This document shows, one piece after another, positions 40,029-53,514 of a stretch of 64,000 bases of DNA; positions within the stretch are counted from its first letter, which is position 1, and each line of letters starts with the position of its first letter. This DNA is from Camelus dromedarius (lineage: Eukaryota). The notes beneath the pieces were generated by a model. That model saw nothing but the letters and a program-made list of their open reading frames with translations. It was not told the DNA's origin and ran no database searches. The stretch is from assembly GCF_036321535.1 (NCBI RefSeq), contig NC_087436.1, positions 25,980,001 through 26,044,000 of the forward strand. The letters run 5' to 3'. The position numbers were made by a program, and so were the translations under genes.

Positions 40029-41816
40029 AAAATATACAAAAATATTTCTGTATAAATATATTGGAATCTATAATTTGCGATCACTTCCCATAAGTTTTCT
40101 ACCTCATAGGAAATCTCACCTGCTCTTTAGAGATTTTGAAGGATTTTAGGGAATGGCTGAATTTTTTCTCAGAAAGTTTTTCTCAGCAAACCTCAGACTA
40201 ATACTTTGAAACCACTTTTCAAAACCCTTTCTAACTAAAAGTTACTCAATTATGGAGCATAAAGGAGAAATATAGAACATAAAATACATCGTGTTCTTAC
40301 CAGAAAACTAGGTGTCAAAGTAATGAAGAAAATCACCAAGGTCGAGCAATGGTTAAAGCAGAGCTAGTAGACTTCAATGTCACTGGCAGAATTCAGGTAT
40401 CATTGCTTTTTCAACTGCTCCATAACCACCTACTTTCTATTTAAGGATAGATTTCAGAAAACATTCATAAATAAGAATTATTCTTTCTCCTCTTTGTTCT
40501 GCCAGTCTAACACTTTGCATTAGGAGGTATTTAAACAGTTTCTATTCAAATGAGCAATGCTTCTCTGACAAGTACTATGGACACACAATTAACAGGGTCA
40601 AACTTTAGAATAAGCATGATGTACATTGCCATGTTATTAGTTAACAATGCACATATATATTTGTTTTAAAATAATGAACTAAAGGGGCTAAGCCTTAAGT
40701 GGGTTGTATAAGTAGGTAAAACCACTGAAAGGGCATTGAAAAACATTTTTGAAGTAGCTGATATGTTTAGTACTGCCCCAGATATAAATTTAATGAAGTA
40801 TAATGAAACTAGTTCTTTTTCTAAGTGTTTAAAGTGCAACTTCATAGCTCCTCATCAAAAGGAAAATCATCAGTACCTTTTTGTAGAATGGAAACAAGAT
40901 ACATGATAATATTCAAATTCTTTTCATATTTCTATTTCATGTTAGAAGGAACATTTGAAATCAAGGAAACAGATAAATAACGTTACTGTGTAGGACTAAC
41001 CACTCTGATTTTTTTCCAACCGTTTTTCAGTTCATGGTCTGCTTGTATCTCTCTGCTAATAAATACACTTTGAAGAGGCAGAGTTCTTCTCAGTGATTGC
41101 TTTGACTTTGATTCAGCACAGCAAGGACAGGCTAGTTGGGATAGATGGATATTAAAGTTTTTTCTGTATGCTAAATATCAGAGTTACACATGTAATGTGT
41201 GGTTCTGGCCTCAGTTAAATCAGCACAATTGAAATTTGCTTTGTTGTTTTAAGTAACATCTTGGGTAGACTATGTACCTGCCATCAAACACAGAAAATAT
41301 ATTTGACATAATCCTATATACTGTTCAATTATAAAAATGAGGAATTTTATTTTTTGTCACTGCATCCCCCCAATCCAAGTCACTCTTTTGTATAAAGACA
41401 TAAGGGTTAGGCTATTTATTTCATCTATGATGTACTAAGACTAGTCAGAAGACATGATTTGAATCATCACTCTGCTAATCAACAACTGAATAATGTTTCA
41501 AGTTGCTTAAATGATTTTAGCTTCAGTTTCTAGAGCTATACAGTGGAGAAATAGCATTAGTTTCTGAGAATTTTAAAAGGGTTAAAATAGATGATTTACT
41601 TGAAAATATTTTGTACATAGCAAAGAGCTATTTTTGTTATTATTTGAGAAATTTAGGGGTCAATTTATAGTATTTCTCTTTTATAATGAAGTATTTTGGT
41701 TAAAAGATCATGAGGTGTGAATGCAACTAAGCAGCTACAGAAGAATAATGTCATTTTAGCTGGCATAAACAACCTGCATCACAGTCGTTACGTAGAGAAC
41801 TACCCACAGTATCTTT

Positions 41817-41979
41817 TTTTTTTTAAATTGAAGTATAGTCAGTTTACAATGTTGTATCAGTGTCTGGTGTACAGCACAATGCTTCAGCCATATAAGAATG
41901 TACATAAATTTGTTTTCTTATTCTTTTTCACTGTAAGCTACTATAAGTTATCGAATATAGTTCCTGTATGGCACAGGGA
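41817..41979 (-). mobile_element. Very short camelid-type L1 3' end with 15-bp TSD
   Basis: Poly(T) followed by aaattgaagtatagtcagtttacaatgttg... TSD acccacagtatcttt (41802-41816) and acccaaagtatcttt (41980-41994). Confidence 0.9.
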
Positions 41980-42129
41980 ACCCAAAGTATCTTTGTACCT
42001 CACAGCGCACTTTACATGAGTGTGAAATATCCACTGTAATGTTAAATCATCAGGGATCATCTTTTTACTTCTGTGTAACTTAACCTATTTTTTATATATC
42101 TTTTGAGAAATTTATTTAACAAATTTTGA

Positions 42130-43020
42130 AGTGCACATCATAAATGAAAGCATAGATAAAGATGACTATATTAAAGTAAAATACCATCAAATACAAATTT
42201 AAATGACTGCTTAAAGACAATATGTTTTACACAAATATAAAGCAAAAAGATTTAAATGTCAAGTGTATATAGATTTTATAAACCAGTAAGAAGATTTAAA
42301 AAAAAAACCAAGCTAGTAGAACTGGCAAAACATAGTAACAGGGAATATGAAGAATAAGAAATTACAGAAGTCAATACATTTATGAAAGAAAAATGACCGG
42401 TATATATAATTGCAAATTTAAAATAAATATCAGCTATTTAATTGTCAGATACTAATATTCTGAGAATACCAATTGTTTTCAAGGATGTAAAGCAAAGATT
42501 ATTTCGGTATTGTGCTATTGAGAATAAATAAAAAATAAATCATTTTGGAAAGTGATTGAACAAAATTGAGTAAAGTTGAAGATGTGTGTATTCTAAAACT
42601 CATCATTTCTACTCATAGTTAATTCCTTGAAATAAGTTTTTACATGTGTAAGAACATTTATGAGAACATTGGGTCTAAGAGCAAAGTGTGTGAAGACTTC
42701 AGTGTCCATCAAAAGGAGAGGGTTAATTTATTTGCAGTATGTTTTACAAATAATAGTATTTAGCAGTTAAAATATTTGAAGTGACTATTTCACAAATGTA
42801 ATATTTTGAAGAAAATTAGAATGGAACTTTCAGTATTGTGACATATTTTAAAATATACAAAACAATACTGTGTATTAAGTATAATCTCATATGTATTGAG
42901 CAAAATTATGTAATGTGAGGAATGAAAAACTACAATTCAGGATAGCAATTCTGTCTTGACCAAGGAAAGAAACAAGGGGAGTGAGATCAAAGAAGTAGAA
43001 TACAAAGAGTATTAATTTTA
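42130..43020 (+). mobile_element. Ancient L1ME-like 3' region
   Basis: cattttggaaagtgatt, gtgtccatcaaaaggagagggttaatt, attcaggatagcaatt. Confidence 0.6.
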
Positions 43021-45019
43021 TTCATCATATTTCTATTAAAATATTGATGAAATTTTAGCTTCCAGATTTGGTACACTAGTAAATTTGATCAACAGCCCTG
43101 CTAAAAACAACTGGGAAAACTGAACAAAGCCTAGATAAGCATCTGCTTGAGAGAATTGTGAGGTCAACAGAACTGAAAAATTATTAGTTCAAGCATTGAA
43201 GAAGAGGAAATTCGATCAATGGGAATCTGGCATTCAGGACTGCCTTAGCTTTAAAAGTATTTATCAATTCTGGAAGAGGTGACTGAGAGGCTAGGACTCT
43301 AAGAACTGCTTTGACAGTCTTGTGGACTATTTAAACAAAAATTGGAGTTCAGGAATTTCTATGAGGAAGAAAATATCCCATATAAATACACCATCTTTGG
43401 GTTGAGATATTGAAGTGTTAGAGTACAAAATCAAGTTTTAGCTAAATGTAGGATGACCTTCTGAGACCCTTCTGAAGCCCAGCATAAATTAACTTTAATC
43501 ACAAAGACTTGATTTAATTTATTTGGATTTGCTATTGTCCCTTGAGCCCCAATAGAAATTGTCAACATTTTGTTACTTTTGGAGGAAAGAAAGGAGATAG
43601 GAGTTCTATAAATATTAACTGATTTTCAATCAAAAAGAAGTCAAGTGAATAAGATGAAATTAAGATTTGTTAAAGCTGATCCTTAAGCTCATGGTTGTTT
43701 GTTTTATTGATCACTTTTTTGTGAGTATCATAAAAAACAGTATGCTGCACAAGTAAAATTTTTATTTGCCAATCACACCTCAATAAGGTAGGGGAAAAAT
43801 AGTAAAGGAATAGAAAAAACTGTCAACAAAATGTATATTCCAAGGAAAGACTGGGGAAAAAAATCACTGTCCACACTCATTCCAAGGGAGCCAAGCATTA
43901 CATCTGGCTTGTAAACAATTCATAGGTGATATTCATAGCTGCAAGTCATTCCTGAACATTATCTACAGGGTCCAGATTTCTTACTTTATCCACTCTAATT
44001 TTTATTGAATTCTTTGTTTTTCAGAGAAAAAAAATGTTATTAAGTCATTTAAAGGGCCTGGAAATTATTGCTAACTAATGAAGCTGTAGCTCATTAAGTT
44101 AATTTGACAATACTGTAAAAAGACAGCTAGAAACCAATATTACAGATTTTTTCCCTTTGAATTATCTGAAATAGATGTAAAGTAGAATAAGTTTGGTAAA
44201 AGCCATTTGAAAGGAAATCACATTTTAAAATTCTACAGGTGTTGATACCTTTCTCTTTCCATTGCCAGAACATCTCTTTTAGTATGCTGTATATATATTT
44301 TTTTCTCTAGATCAATAAGGTTGAAACTTCCTTTACTCTACCATTGATTTTGAAAAAGTTTTCTCTTACTGAGTTACTCTTTTTTTTTTTTTAAAGCAGA
44401 TGCCTTTCTTCCTCTCAATGTTTCTAATATCTAAAATTTGTATTAATTTTTATTCTTATGTCACCCCTTATTTGAAACATTTCTTAATATTCTCAGGAAA
44501 CATTTGCAGCCTCACTTGCTTGGCTTCTATTTCACCTGGCATCTTCTGCTATTGTTATTGGTTTACTTCTCTTACTGTAGAGATTAACATCCAGTTGTGT
44601 ATCTTGACTTAAAAATCTTTATAGTTTCATTTACTAGTTAAGATTCAATAAACACCAGCTAATCAGTGAATGGAAATGAATTCTTAGATATAATCTATGC
44701 AATTTATGAAACAATTACTGCTTCCTGGGAGATTGAAATACACTGATTGGTTCTTCCCTTATTTATTCCTGGAAATGGAGTCAACTTTCTAGAAACAAAT
44801 GGACCCCCAAAGGTAAATCAAGACTATCTGTAGGAGAAGTGATTCTGGGGAGGTTAATAAAGTGAAAGAAAATACTTGCATAATTAACAAGACAAAAATA
44901 CTGTGAATGTAGTCTTCAAGAACAGACTTCTATCTTTTTGTTGTTTTTTAATCACTTTGGTCATTTTGGAGTTCATAGTATTATCTCACATAATATCGTA
45001 ATGAAAGTTTCATAATAAA

Positions 45020-46700
45020 TAAAAATAATTATTTGTGAACTATTATCATTGTAAATAAGAAAAACCTAAGAGATACTATAGACAAATTATGAAAATTAAT
45101 AAATTAATAGTGAATAAGTGAATCTTGATGCAAAATAAATACACAAAAATAAACTGTACTTAAATAAAGGCAACAAAAGAATTGTAATTTAAAAAAATGT
45201 TAAATGTACAATTGTGGGAAAATATGAACTATAAATGTTGCTGTGTACTAGATTAGAAAGTTAAAAAATAAAACTGGGTCCCCACTTTATACAGTATTTA
45301 AACAATCTCTGGATAGATGAAAGTCTTAAATTAAAATCATAATTTAACAAACTGTCAATAAATTGATTCTTTTTATTACTGGGTATAATAAAAGATTTCT
45401 TAAAGCATTAAAAGTATTTTAAAAAAGGTTATTATTGATAAATGTAACTGACAAAATTTTAAATATCTATTCTGTGAAGGACCTCATAAAATGTAAGAGA
45501 CAAGTCACAGAAAGAAGGAAAACTTCTGTGTTGTATTACTGACCATTGGCTAGTACTCAGATTATAGAAAACTTTGAACTATCAGTAAGGGAAGACAACA
45601 CAGTGGGAAAATGGACAAAAGATAAAAAATGATATTCACATAAGGGGGATCATAAATGAACACTAACCTATGAAAAATTATTAAATCTTACTAGTAATTA
45701 GGAAAATGCAAAGTAAAAGCACAATACTATTCCCCATTCATCAGATTGGGGAAACAGTAAAGTCTGACAATAACAAATGTTTTAGCTGTGGTGCAACAGG
45801 GAAATCATATGTTCATGATAAGAGTGTAGACTGACACAATCACGTTAGAAAACGTGGTAATATGGGATAAAATTGAAGATGAGCATATTCTAAGGTACAA
45901 TTTCACTTTTGGCGTCCAGCCCAGAGTAATTTTTGCATATCTACACAAGGTAACATGTAAAAGAAAGGCAATTATACTATTGTTTTTAGTGATGAAACTT
46001 AGAAACAACCTAATACCAGTGTATGATAACATGAAAGTAGAAAAAGTGACTGTAACTGTCACCTAATGCTGCCGTAAAAAAATAGTAGTGACTGGGTGTC
46101 TTAACAGAAATTTCCCACAATTCTGGAGGCTGAAAGTCCAAGATTAAGGATTTGGTAGGTAGTTGGTTTCTCCTGAGGCCTCTCTCTTTGGCCTATGGAA
46201 GGCCATATTCTTCCTGTGTCCTCACATGTCTTTTTCGTTGTGTGTGTGCATTCTTGGTGTCTCCCTTTTTGTAAGGACATCACTCCTATTGGACTAGTGC
46301 CCCACTCTTATGACCTCATGTAACCTTAATTACCTCTTTGAAAGGCCTGTCTCCAAATATAGTCACATTAGGAGTTAAGGTTTCAACATATGCATTTAGG
46401 GGCACAGTTGAGCCCATAGCAGTTACATATTCTTATAATGGATCATTGTAGAGCAGTGACAGTAAATGGATTATCAATAAGGATGAACTTAAAAAATAAA
46501 TGTTAAACACAAAAAGCAAATATCATATAGTTTTTAGATATGGAAAATAATACATAATACCTATTGCTTAAGAATAAAATAATGTGTAGTAAACCTGCAA
46601 ATAACTGCATAAGAATAAAATATTCAAGATAGTCTTTTCTTCTGCAGGGGAAAGAGGAGGATTCAATAGTGTATATGTATACTAGGCACTTTAGCTCCAT
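45020..46700 (+). mobile_element. Ancient L1ME-like element interrupted by MLT1
   Basis: aaatcttactagtaattaggaaaatgcaaagtaaaagcacaat...aagtctgacaataacaaatgt. Confidence 0.65.
46051..46421 (-). mobile_element. MLT1A-like MaLR LTR
   Basis: cacaattctggaggctgaaagtccaagattaagg...tatgacctcatgtaaccttaattacctc...cccatagca. 5-bp TSD gtgac/gttac. Confidence 0.85.
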
Positions 46701-47744
46701 TGTGGCTGGATGGTGCATGTGTCTTTGTTTATTGTTGTATTTTTTTGTTTGCAGTAACACTTATATTCAAAAATATATATTGTACAATGATTTTGTGTGA
46801 AGCATTCTTTTAGAATCTTGGGATACATTACTGAATACTAACATTCCCTATCCTCATGGAGCTTATATTCTACAGCAGTAGATAAACAGTAGCATTAAAA
46901 AAAGCTTAATGTATAGTCCTCTAGAAAAAAAATGGAGCACATATTTTAAAAACTATGTTTTTCAATATTTGTTTTCATCCTCAGGAATTGATTTTGCTTT
47001 ACACAGTTTGCAAGTTTTCCACTTGATCAGAATTTTTTTTTTTTCCAATTTTGCTGCCAGAGTTTAGGTCCAACCTGAGTAAATATGGAGGCATTTGTTA
47101 TGTTATACGTTACACATTTTAGACTCAGTCCTAACTTGCTTTTAGATCTCTAATTTTAACGCTAACATTTTTGTAAACTGCCTTAATCATGTCTATAAAA
47201 ATCTCTGGAATATAAGCAAACAGATAAAGAAAGAACAAACCGGGTAATCCTCACACTGTCAACAGATTGAATACAAGTACATCTGTTAGTTATTTGTTTA
47301 GAGCATAGTACATATTTTCTTATTTCAGTAATATTAAAAATATTGTTGAAATACTAATAGCCCAACTTAAAATGGTAACAAAAACAATATGAAAAGCTAA
47401 TTCAAAAAAGAAGTAATCTAATGCCAATAAATGGTAAAAATATTTGTTGTTAATTATCCAATACAGATTGAAAAAGTAATTTAATTTTTATTACATGCAA
47501 ATATGTCTAATCTGCATATATATACACATATATAATAAAATTGGAGAAGTAAATAGTTTTTACTAAAACATATTAAATAAATTATATCCATATAATATCA
47601 GAATCATGGTTTTGAAAAATATTCAAGCACATAGAGAAGACACATTGGAATGTTTAGCGAAAAACAGGTTACAAAAAATTTTCTGTGACAAATTCTTTGT
47701 TCCCAATTATATAATATAAACATGTATGCAGAAAAATACAAATA

Positions 47745-47960
47745 ATAGCTGACATTTAATGAGTGCTTACTTTTTTTCAGACACTGAGCTGAGGATTTTA
47801 TCAGGATTATTTCACTAAATTATCATAAGAGCCCTATAATGTAGGTACCAATATTATCTACATTTGACAGATAAAATGAGTCTTAGAGAGATTAAGTTCA
47901 TAAGGCTAGTTATTATGGAATCTGGGATATAAACAAAGTAGTGAGATTCCAGAACCTTAA
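47745..47960 (-). mobile_element. MIR SINE
   Basis: aatagctgacatttaatgagtgcttac...gtaggtaccaatattatctacatttgacagataaaatgagtcttagagagattaag. Confidence 0.8.
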
Positions 47961-48675
47961 TTACTATGCCAACTTGAAGTCAACTGAAGTTACTCTTTAT
48001 GATTAAAAATATAATTAACTGGAGATTAAAGTCATAATCCTGTTTCTAATGGTAAGACCAGTCCTGTCCCCAATATTACGCAGATTTCTGGGGGCTTATC
48101 ATTTGTTTTTGATTCATATAAGTTGTATTCATTATAGCAACAGACATTGTGACTATGAGAAACCTCTATTAACAATCTTAGCTCTTTCTGACACTAGAAA
48201 ATTGTGCCTTGCCACCCTTTGTTCAAGTAAGAGCTTGCTTCCTAATCCTGTTTTTCTTCCTTCTCTTTTCAATCCACCTCCTCCTTTTTTTTTTTTTTTT
48301 GTTCTACCTTCCTAATTAACTATTTCTTATGCAGAGGAGATTAACTATCATTTCATTGTTTTCTTACAAGTTTTATGTTGCCTGAGTGATCTTTCAAGAC
48401 ATTTTGCTAAATGACAAATTTCCAAAAACAGTGGATGCTGTTTAATAGTTATTTGCCACTTTAAATAAATATGAAAGTCTAAAAAGAAAAATTACGTAAA
48501 AAAAAAATCATAAGATTAAACACGAATGACCAATATGTACTTGAGAAAATTTTCAAGCTCACTAGGAATTAAAGAAATGACAATATAAATCATCACAAGA
48601 TCATATTCACCTCAGAAACTGAAAAACTTTAAAAACACATTACTAAATGCTAAAAAATGACACTGTTGTTCTCAC

Positions 48676-49603
48676 TGAATACTAACTGCCCCAAGCTTCC
48701 TCTGTAATGTGGTGGAATTGGGAGCCATTGGCTGTCCCCGACCCCTACCTGGCAACCCCTTTAACCAAGCCAGAAAATTATGAACATTATAGGTGTTTCA
48801 ATTAGTACATGTAATTGCTTGTTTTAATGGAAGAGGGTGAAAGCGCCATAGGTCTGTGTTACGTACCATCAGGAAGCATTCCACTGCGAAATTGCCAAGG
48901 ACCAAAAAATTATAGCTGTAAAGGATGAATTCTTTGGATTCACAGAATCACTGACAAAAGAAAGACATAGATATTTACCCTAAAGCTCCACGAGCACCAC
49001 CACCAAAATGGTGCCACAGTGACTGGATGACGTCTAGTTTTGGTACTGGATGTATTACTGGTTCTCTTTAAACCCTCTAATTTTGGAAGAATTTCAGTCA
49101 TCAGAACAGAGCCCGAATTTGTAGTATATTTAACTGATGTCAGTTCAGGTTTACCTCAAAAATGTTTATATGATACAGTTTCAATGTGGGTTAAATCCAA
49201 GTCCCCTGTATCTCCAATGGACTCTTCAGCTGAAAATGTAAGTGAGATATAAATCAATAAGTAGAAATAAGGAAAGGAGAAACAACAACTTGCTGACACC
49301 TTCTAAACATCAAATCCAAGTGTAGATACTGGTGGTTGGATGTAACCAATTCCATATATGACTAGCTATAGACCTTGGGCCTACCCAACATGTTTTGTTA
49401 TTTACAGATTGTTTATAATTTGGGTACCTGTACATCCAGAGCTCTCTATGTTTAGTATAAAGGTAGAGAAGAGTCCTTGTCTGTTCAACTTCCATCACCT
49501 TCTGATGGTGACTATTTTGAATTGCATTCAAAGATCCTAGAGGACTGGTTTTGTCCCTTCTTTTGAACATTTCACAATGTTCAAATGAATTTGCATTAGG
49601 AAT
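48676..49603 (-). pseudogene. Four tightly spaced exon-like remnants (49603-49300, 49229-48979, 48915-48867, 48758-48676)
   Basis: Short GT-AG introns of 70, 63 and 108 nt. The four pieces splice without frameshift into 229 codons with 5 stops: IPNANSFEH...TCWVGPRSIASHIWNWLHP...EESIGDTGDLDLTHIE...HPVTVAPFWWWCSWSFRL*FFGPWQFRSGMLPDGVAR*GSGTANGSQFHHITEEAWGS*YS. The first acceptor appears mutated (AA instead of AG). Confidence 0.65.
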
Positions 49604-49954
49604 TTTAGAAAGGGGAAAAGTCAATATCATACAGTTTGTTCCATACCATTTCTGGAAAATGATGAATTTATATACAAAGCAATAAATAAGAAAAACATGG
49701 AAGAAAAGTTACACTTAAATCATTATGATGTACTTCTGCATCCTGTGGAGTTCAATGTTCTTGTATACTAGAAAAACTAACTATAAAATATTAGTTTCTA
49801 AGGGATGATTTTTTCCTCAGTGAATATTTATATACTGGTACACTAAATGCAAAGAGAAGTTTGTAAGTAGCTTACGGTTTATTTTTAAGATTCCAGGTGT
49901 TCAGTTCATCTGCATATAAATATGACACACACACAAGCATGCAAGTTTATTCAC

Positions 49955-50121
49955 CAGAGTAAATGAAGCCCCTCTAGGTACATTCCTTATACTTTCTTCA
50001 GAGATCAGTTCAGCACAAACCACATTATTTATTCAGATGACATTCAGATGTTCACTCTTCACAAGAATAAACACATTGATGATGTTAGTGCCAGCACTTC
50101 ATTTTCTGTGGAACACTTACA
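49955..50121 (-). pseudogene. Exon-like remnant (167 nt, frame ambiguous)
   Basis: ctgcttatttaag|TGTAAG...ACTCTG|gtgaat. Two candidate frames: Cys-rich with six stops, or SAGTNIINVFILVKSEHLNVI*INNVVCAELISEESIRNVPRGASFTL. Confidence 0.4.
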
Positions 50122-50458
50122 CTTAAATAAGCAGAGGAGTGCATGACATTTTCTTTGCATTTTTCATTTCAGCATGTGCTTATTGCTTTCTATTTGTGCT
50201 AGTCACTACTGCAAGATTTCTCACATTTAATTTAAACTTTTAAATATTATATATAGTTCTAGGTTTTCAAATACATAATCTCAACATGATTTTATCATTG
50301 ATACTCTTTGGTGGAAACAGATAGTAAAAATTTAAAGATTTATAAGGACACCAAATCCTGTTCTTCCTAAGGGTCTCTGAAGGAAAACTAAAAATGGGAA
50401 GCACTGAACAACATAAGGAAAGTCACGATAGTCATATAAAACTGTGGGTAAAATAAAC

Positions 50459-50699
50459 CTCTTGAAGAAGGAGATGGGTCTTTTACCATTAACTGAGCAT
50501 TTTTATGGTCCACTAGGGCGTATACTATAAAGTGTCAATGAAGAAGGTTAGATAAGTCTATAAACTAAGATTCTTTCTTGTAAGGGATAGTAAACAGCTC
50601 CAGGATGTATCCACAACGGCTTTTTAGTTATTACTAGACAAACAATAGAAGTAGAAGGCAGCACCGGGGCTGAGGCAACATCCATTAACAGTAATCAAT
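50459..50699 (-). pseudogene. Exon-like remnant (241 nt, probably frameshifted)
   Basis: ccttctaattttttag|ATTG...CAAGAG|gtttat. Best frame ...IVCLVITKKPLWIHPGAVYYPLQERILVYRLI*PSSLTLYSIRPSGP*KCSVNGKRPISFFK. Confidence 0.5.
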
Positions 50700-51190
50700 C
50701 TAAAAAATTAGAAGGAATTGCTTAAATTAGATGTAAATTGTTATGGGTATGATAGCTTAAAATATTTTAAAGTATGTATTTGATTACCTGGATGGTAAAC
50801 TTGCATTTGGAGAAAATCAAGTATTTACAAAATAGTATACAATGAAAAATAAGTTTTTTCCCCTACTCTTATCATCTAAACTCCCTTCTCCCAGAAGCAG
50901 TTATGATAACATGTTTATTTAAACATTGTTTTTTGACAAGTCTATTTAAGGCGAAAGGCAATTACATTAAGAAATGATAAATTATAATTAATGTTATAAA
51001 GTAGAATGGATATGGAGTTTTAGGAGTCTGTCTTTTTTATAGGTCAGGATTTCAGTCTTTTAATCACAAAATCCACTTTAAAGAGATTTACCAGAGAATT
51101 TTACAAGCTTTCTCAGTATATGGAAAGAAAACAAAAACAAGCCTGGGTGCTACACAGTAACAAAACTCCACTGTTCTTGATGCAGGTTAC

Positions 51191-51472
51191 CTTGAGCCTA
51201 TTAATCTAGGAAATCAAGTGGTAGAATTTAATGCAGCTATAATCAGAAGAATAAAATACTTCTACCACATGATCTAATCTCCCTAATTCCATTTTCTTTT
51301 TGATGACATTTTCCATAGTGGTCACATGAGAACTTGGGATAAAAGCGAGTCTGGAAAAGTGTAGCTTAGACTTTCCAGTTTTAGCAGAACATACGCTAGA
51401 AGATTGGAGTGGACTTTGATTCCCACAATCTGCCTTATCTGACACACCTTGGCTTTTAACGTACTCTAACTT
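51191..51472 (-). pseudogene. Exon-like remnant (282 nt)
   Basis: cattttcctctagtag|AAG...CTCAAG|gtaacc. Reads KLEYVKSQGVSDKADCG...RLDHVVEVFYSSDYSCIKFYHLIS*INRLK, one stop in 94 codons. Contains ORF 51206..51445. Confidence 0.55.
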
Positions 51473-52179
51473 CTACTAGAGGAAAATGCATTAAATGAGA
51501 AGAAAAGTAGCAAGAAAATAAGGCCCCATTTAAACGTAATTTTTTTATTCTAGCAAAAACTGCATTATGCAGGAATACTAATTAACATTTGCGCATGCCA
51601 GATTCCTTTTAAATTCCAAATACATAATAATGGAGAATAGACAAAAATGGAAAGAAAAATCTTATGCTTACTTACATTAAGTGTATCTTCACTTATTAAA
51701 ATAACTCCACATATCATGAATCAAATTTTTTTAAAAAAATGAAATGATTAATATCTCAGTAAATTTATTTACAGTTTTATTTATGTGTTTTGCAAGAAAC
51801 TCAACAATTAATTTCAGCTTCATTTAATGTGAATTCAGGGAATTTTGTTGCAAGATTTTAGTTAGGTTCAGGTCTGACCCCATTTATATAAAGGATTGAA
51901 AACAGACATTTTTGTTTTGAATAATAAATTGCACAGATCAAAAAATGTTGTAAAACTTTGTGACAGTAAATCCTTGAGCATTCTTCCTACAAAATTATTG
52001 AACTTTATGCAATGTGTAATTTGAGAAAAGCTATGCTAATGAAAATAAAATTCTAAATGAATACGGTAAATGTTTTATCCTTGAAAAAGCATGGAATTCT
52101 GAAATTTTTGTGGAGTAAAGCAATGCAAAAATCAAAGCAAAAAAGAAGATGCCACTACAAATCAAAAGAAAAAAGTAAA

Positions 52180-53190
52180 AGCCAGAATATATAAACAGCT
52201 CATACAACTTAGCTAGAAAATAGCAACCCAATCCAAAAATGGGCAGAAGACCTAAACAAGCAATTCTCCAATGAAGACATAAAATGGCCAATAGGCACAT
52301 GAAAAATTCTCATTATCGCTAATTATCAGAGAAATGGAAATCAAAACTACAATGAGGTATCACCTCACACCAGTCAGAATGGCCATCATTCAAAAGTCCA
52401 CAAACATTAAATGCTGGAGAGGCTGTGAAGAAAAGGGAACCCTCCTACACTGCTGGTGGGAATGTAGTTTGGTACAGCTATTATGGAAAACAGTGTGAAG
52501 ATTCCTCAAAAGACTGAAAATAGACTTATATGATCCAGCAATCCCACTCCTGGGCATATATCCAGTGGGGATCTTAATTCAAAAAGACACATGCACCCTA
52601 ATGTTCATAGCAGCACTATTTACAATAGCCAAGACATGGAAACAACCTAAGTGTCCATTGACAGGTGACTAGATAAAGAAGCTGTGATATATTTATACAA
52701 TGGAATACTACTCAGCCATAAAAAATAATAAAATAATGCCATTTTTAGCAACATGGATGGATCTGGAGATCGTCATTCTAAGTGAAGTAAGCTAGAAAGA
52801 GAAAGAAAAATACCATATGATATTACTTATCTGTGGAATCTTAAAAAAAAAAAAAGAGGCAAATGAACTTATCTGCAAAACAGAAACAGATTCATCACAG
52901 ACATAGGAAACTAACTTATGGTTCCCAGGGTGGGAAGGGGGAGGGAAGGGGATAAATTGGGAGTTCGAGATTTGCAGATACTAACATATGTATACACACA
53001 CACACACACACACACACATACATACAAGTTTATACTGTATAGTACAGGGAACTATATTCAATATCTTATAGTAACTTCTGGTGAAAAAGAAAATGAAAGT
53101 GAATATGTGTTTGTTTCTGTATGAAGTATTGTTCTGTACCCTAGAAATTGACACATTGTAAACTGACTATACTTCAGTAAAAAAATATGT
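52180..53190 (+). mobile_element. Camelid-type L1 3' ~1 kb (ORF2 C-terminus and 3' UTR) with internal (CA)n
   Basis: aatcaaaactacaatgaggtatcacctcacaccagtcagaatggccatc...attgtaaactgactatacttcagtaaaaaaa. Confidence 0.95.
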
Positions 53191-53514
53191 ATATATATAT
53201 ATAAAGATACAACATGATGCAAAATTTGTTGAACACCTATTGTTTTCTAAACTTTCATTAGTTTGTTAGTTCTGTCAATCAGCAAATCTTTTTTAAGTAC
53301 TTATTGTATGCCCCATTTTTTTAAGTAGTTTGGTTACAAAAGTGAATAAAGCAAACTCACTACCTTAAAGGAATTTACATTTAATGGCAAGAGATAAAAA
53401 TGACCAAGTAAACAAACTATAAAGATAATATATTATTTGGTTATATATTATATGATTAAATTATAATATACTTTATGTTATATGAGGTGATTAGTGCTAA
53501 GAAAATAAAAAGTA

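Noticed and set aside
43800..43963. Minus-strand hydrophobic exon candidate
   Set aside because: Weak splice signals; the hydrophobicity reflects T-rich sequence.
50459..51472. Assignment to ZP-domain (ZPAX), EYS, CPED1 or LRRC53
   Set aside because: Only short chance resemblances (e.g. VNGC, VVDTSW) in stop-rich frames, with no sustained match to sequences I recall. No gene symbol given.
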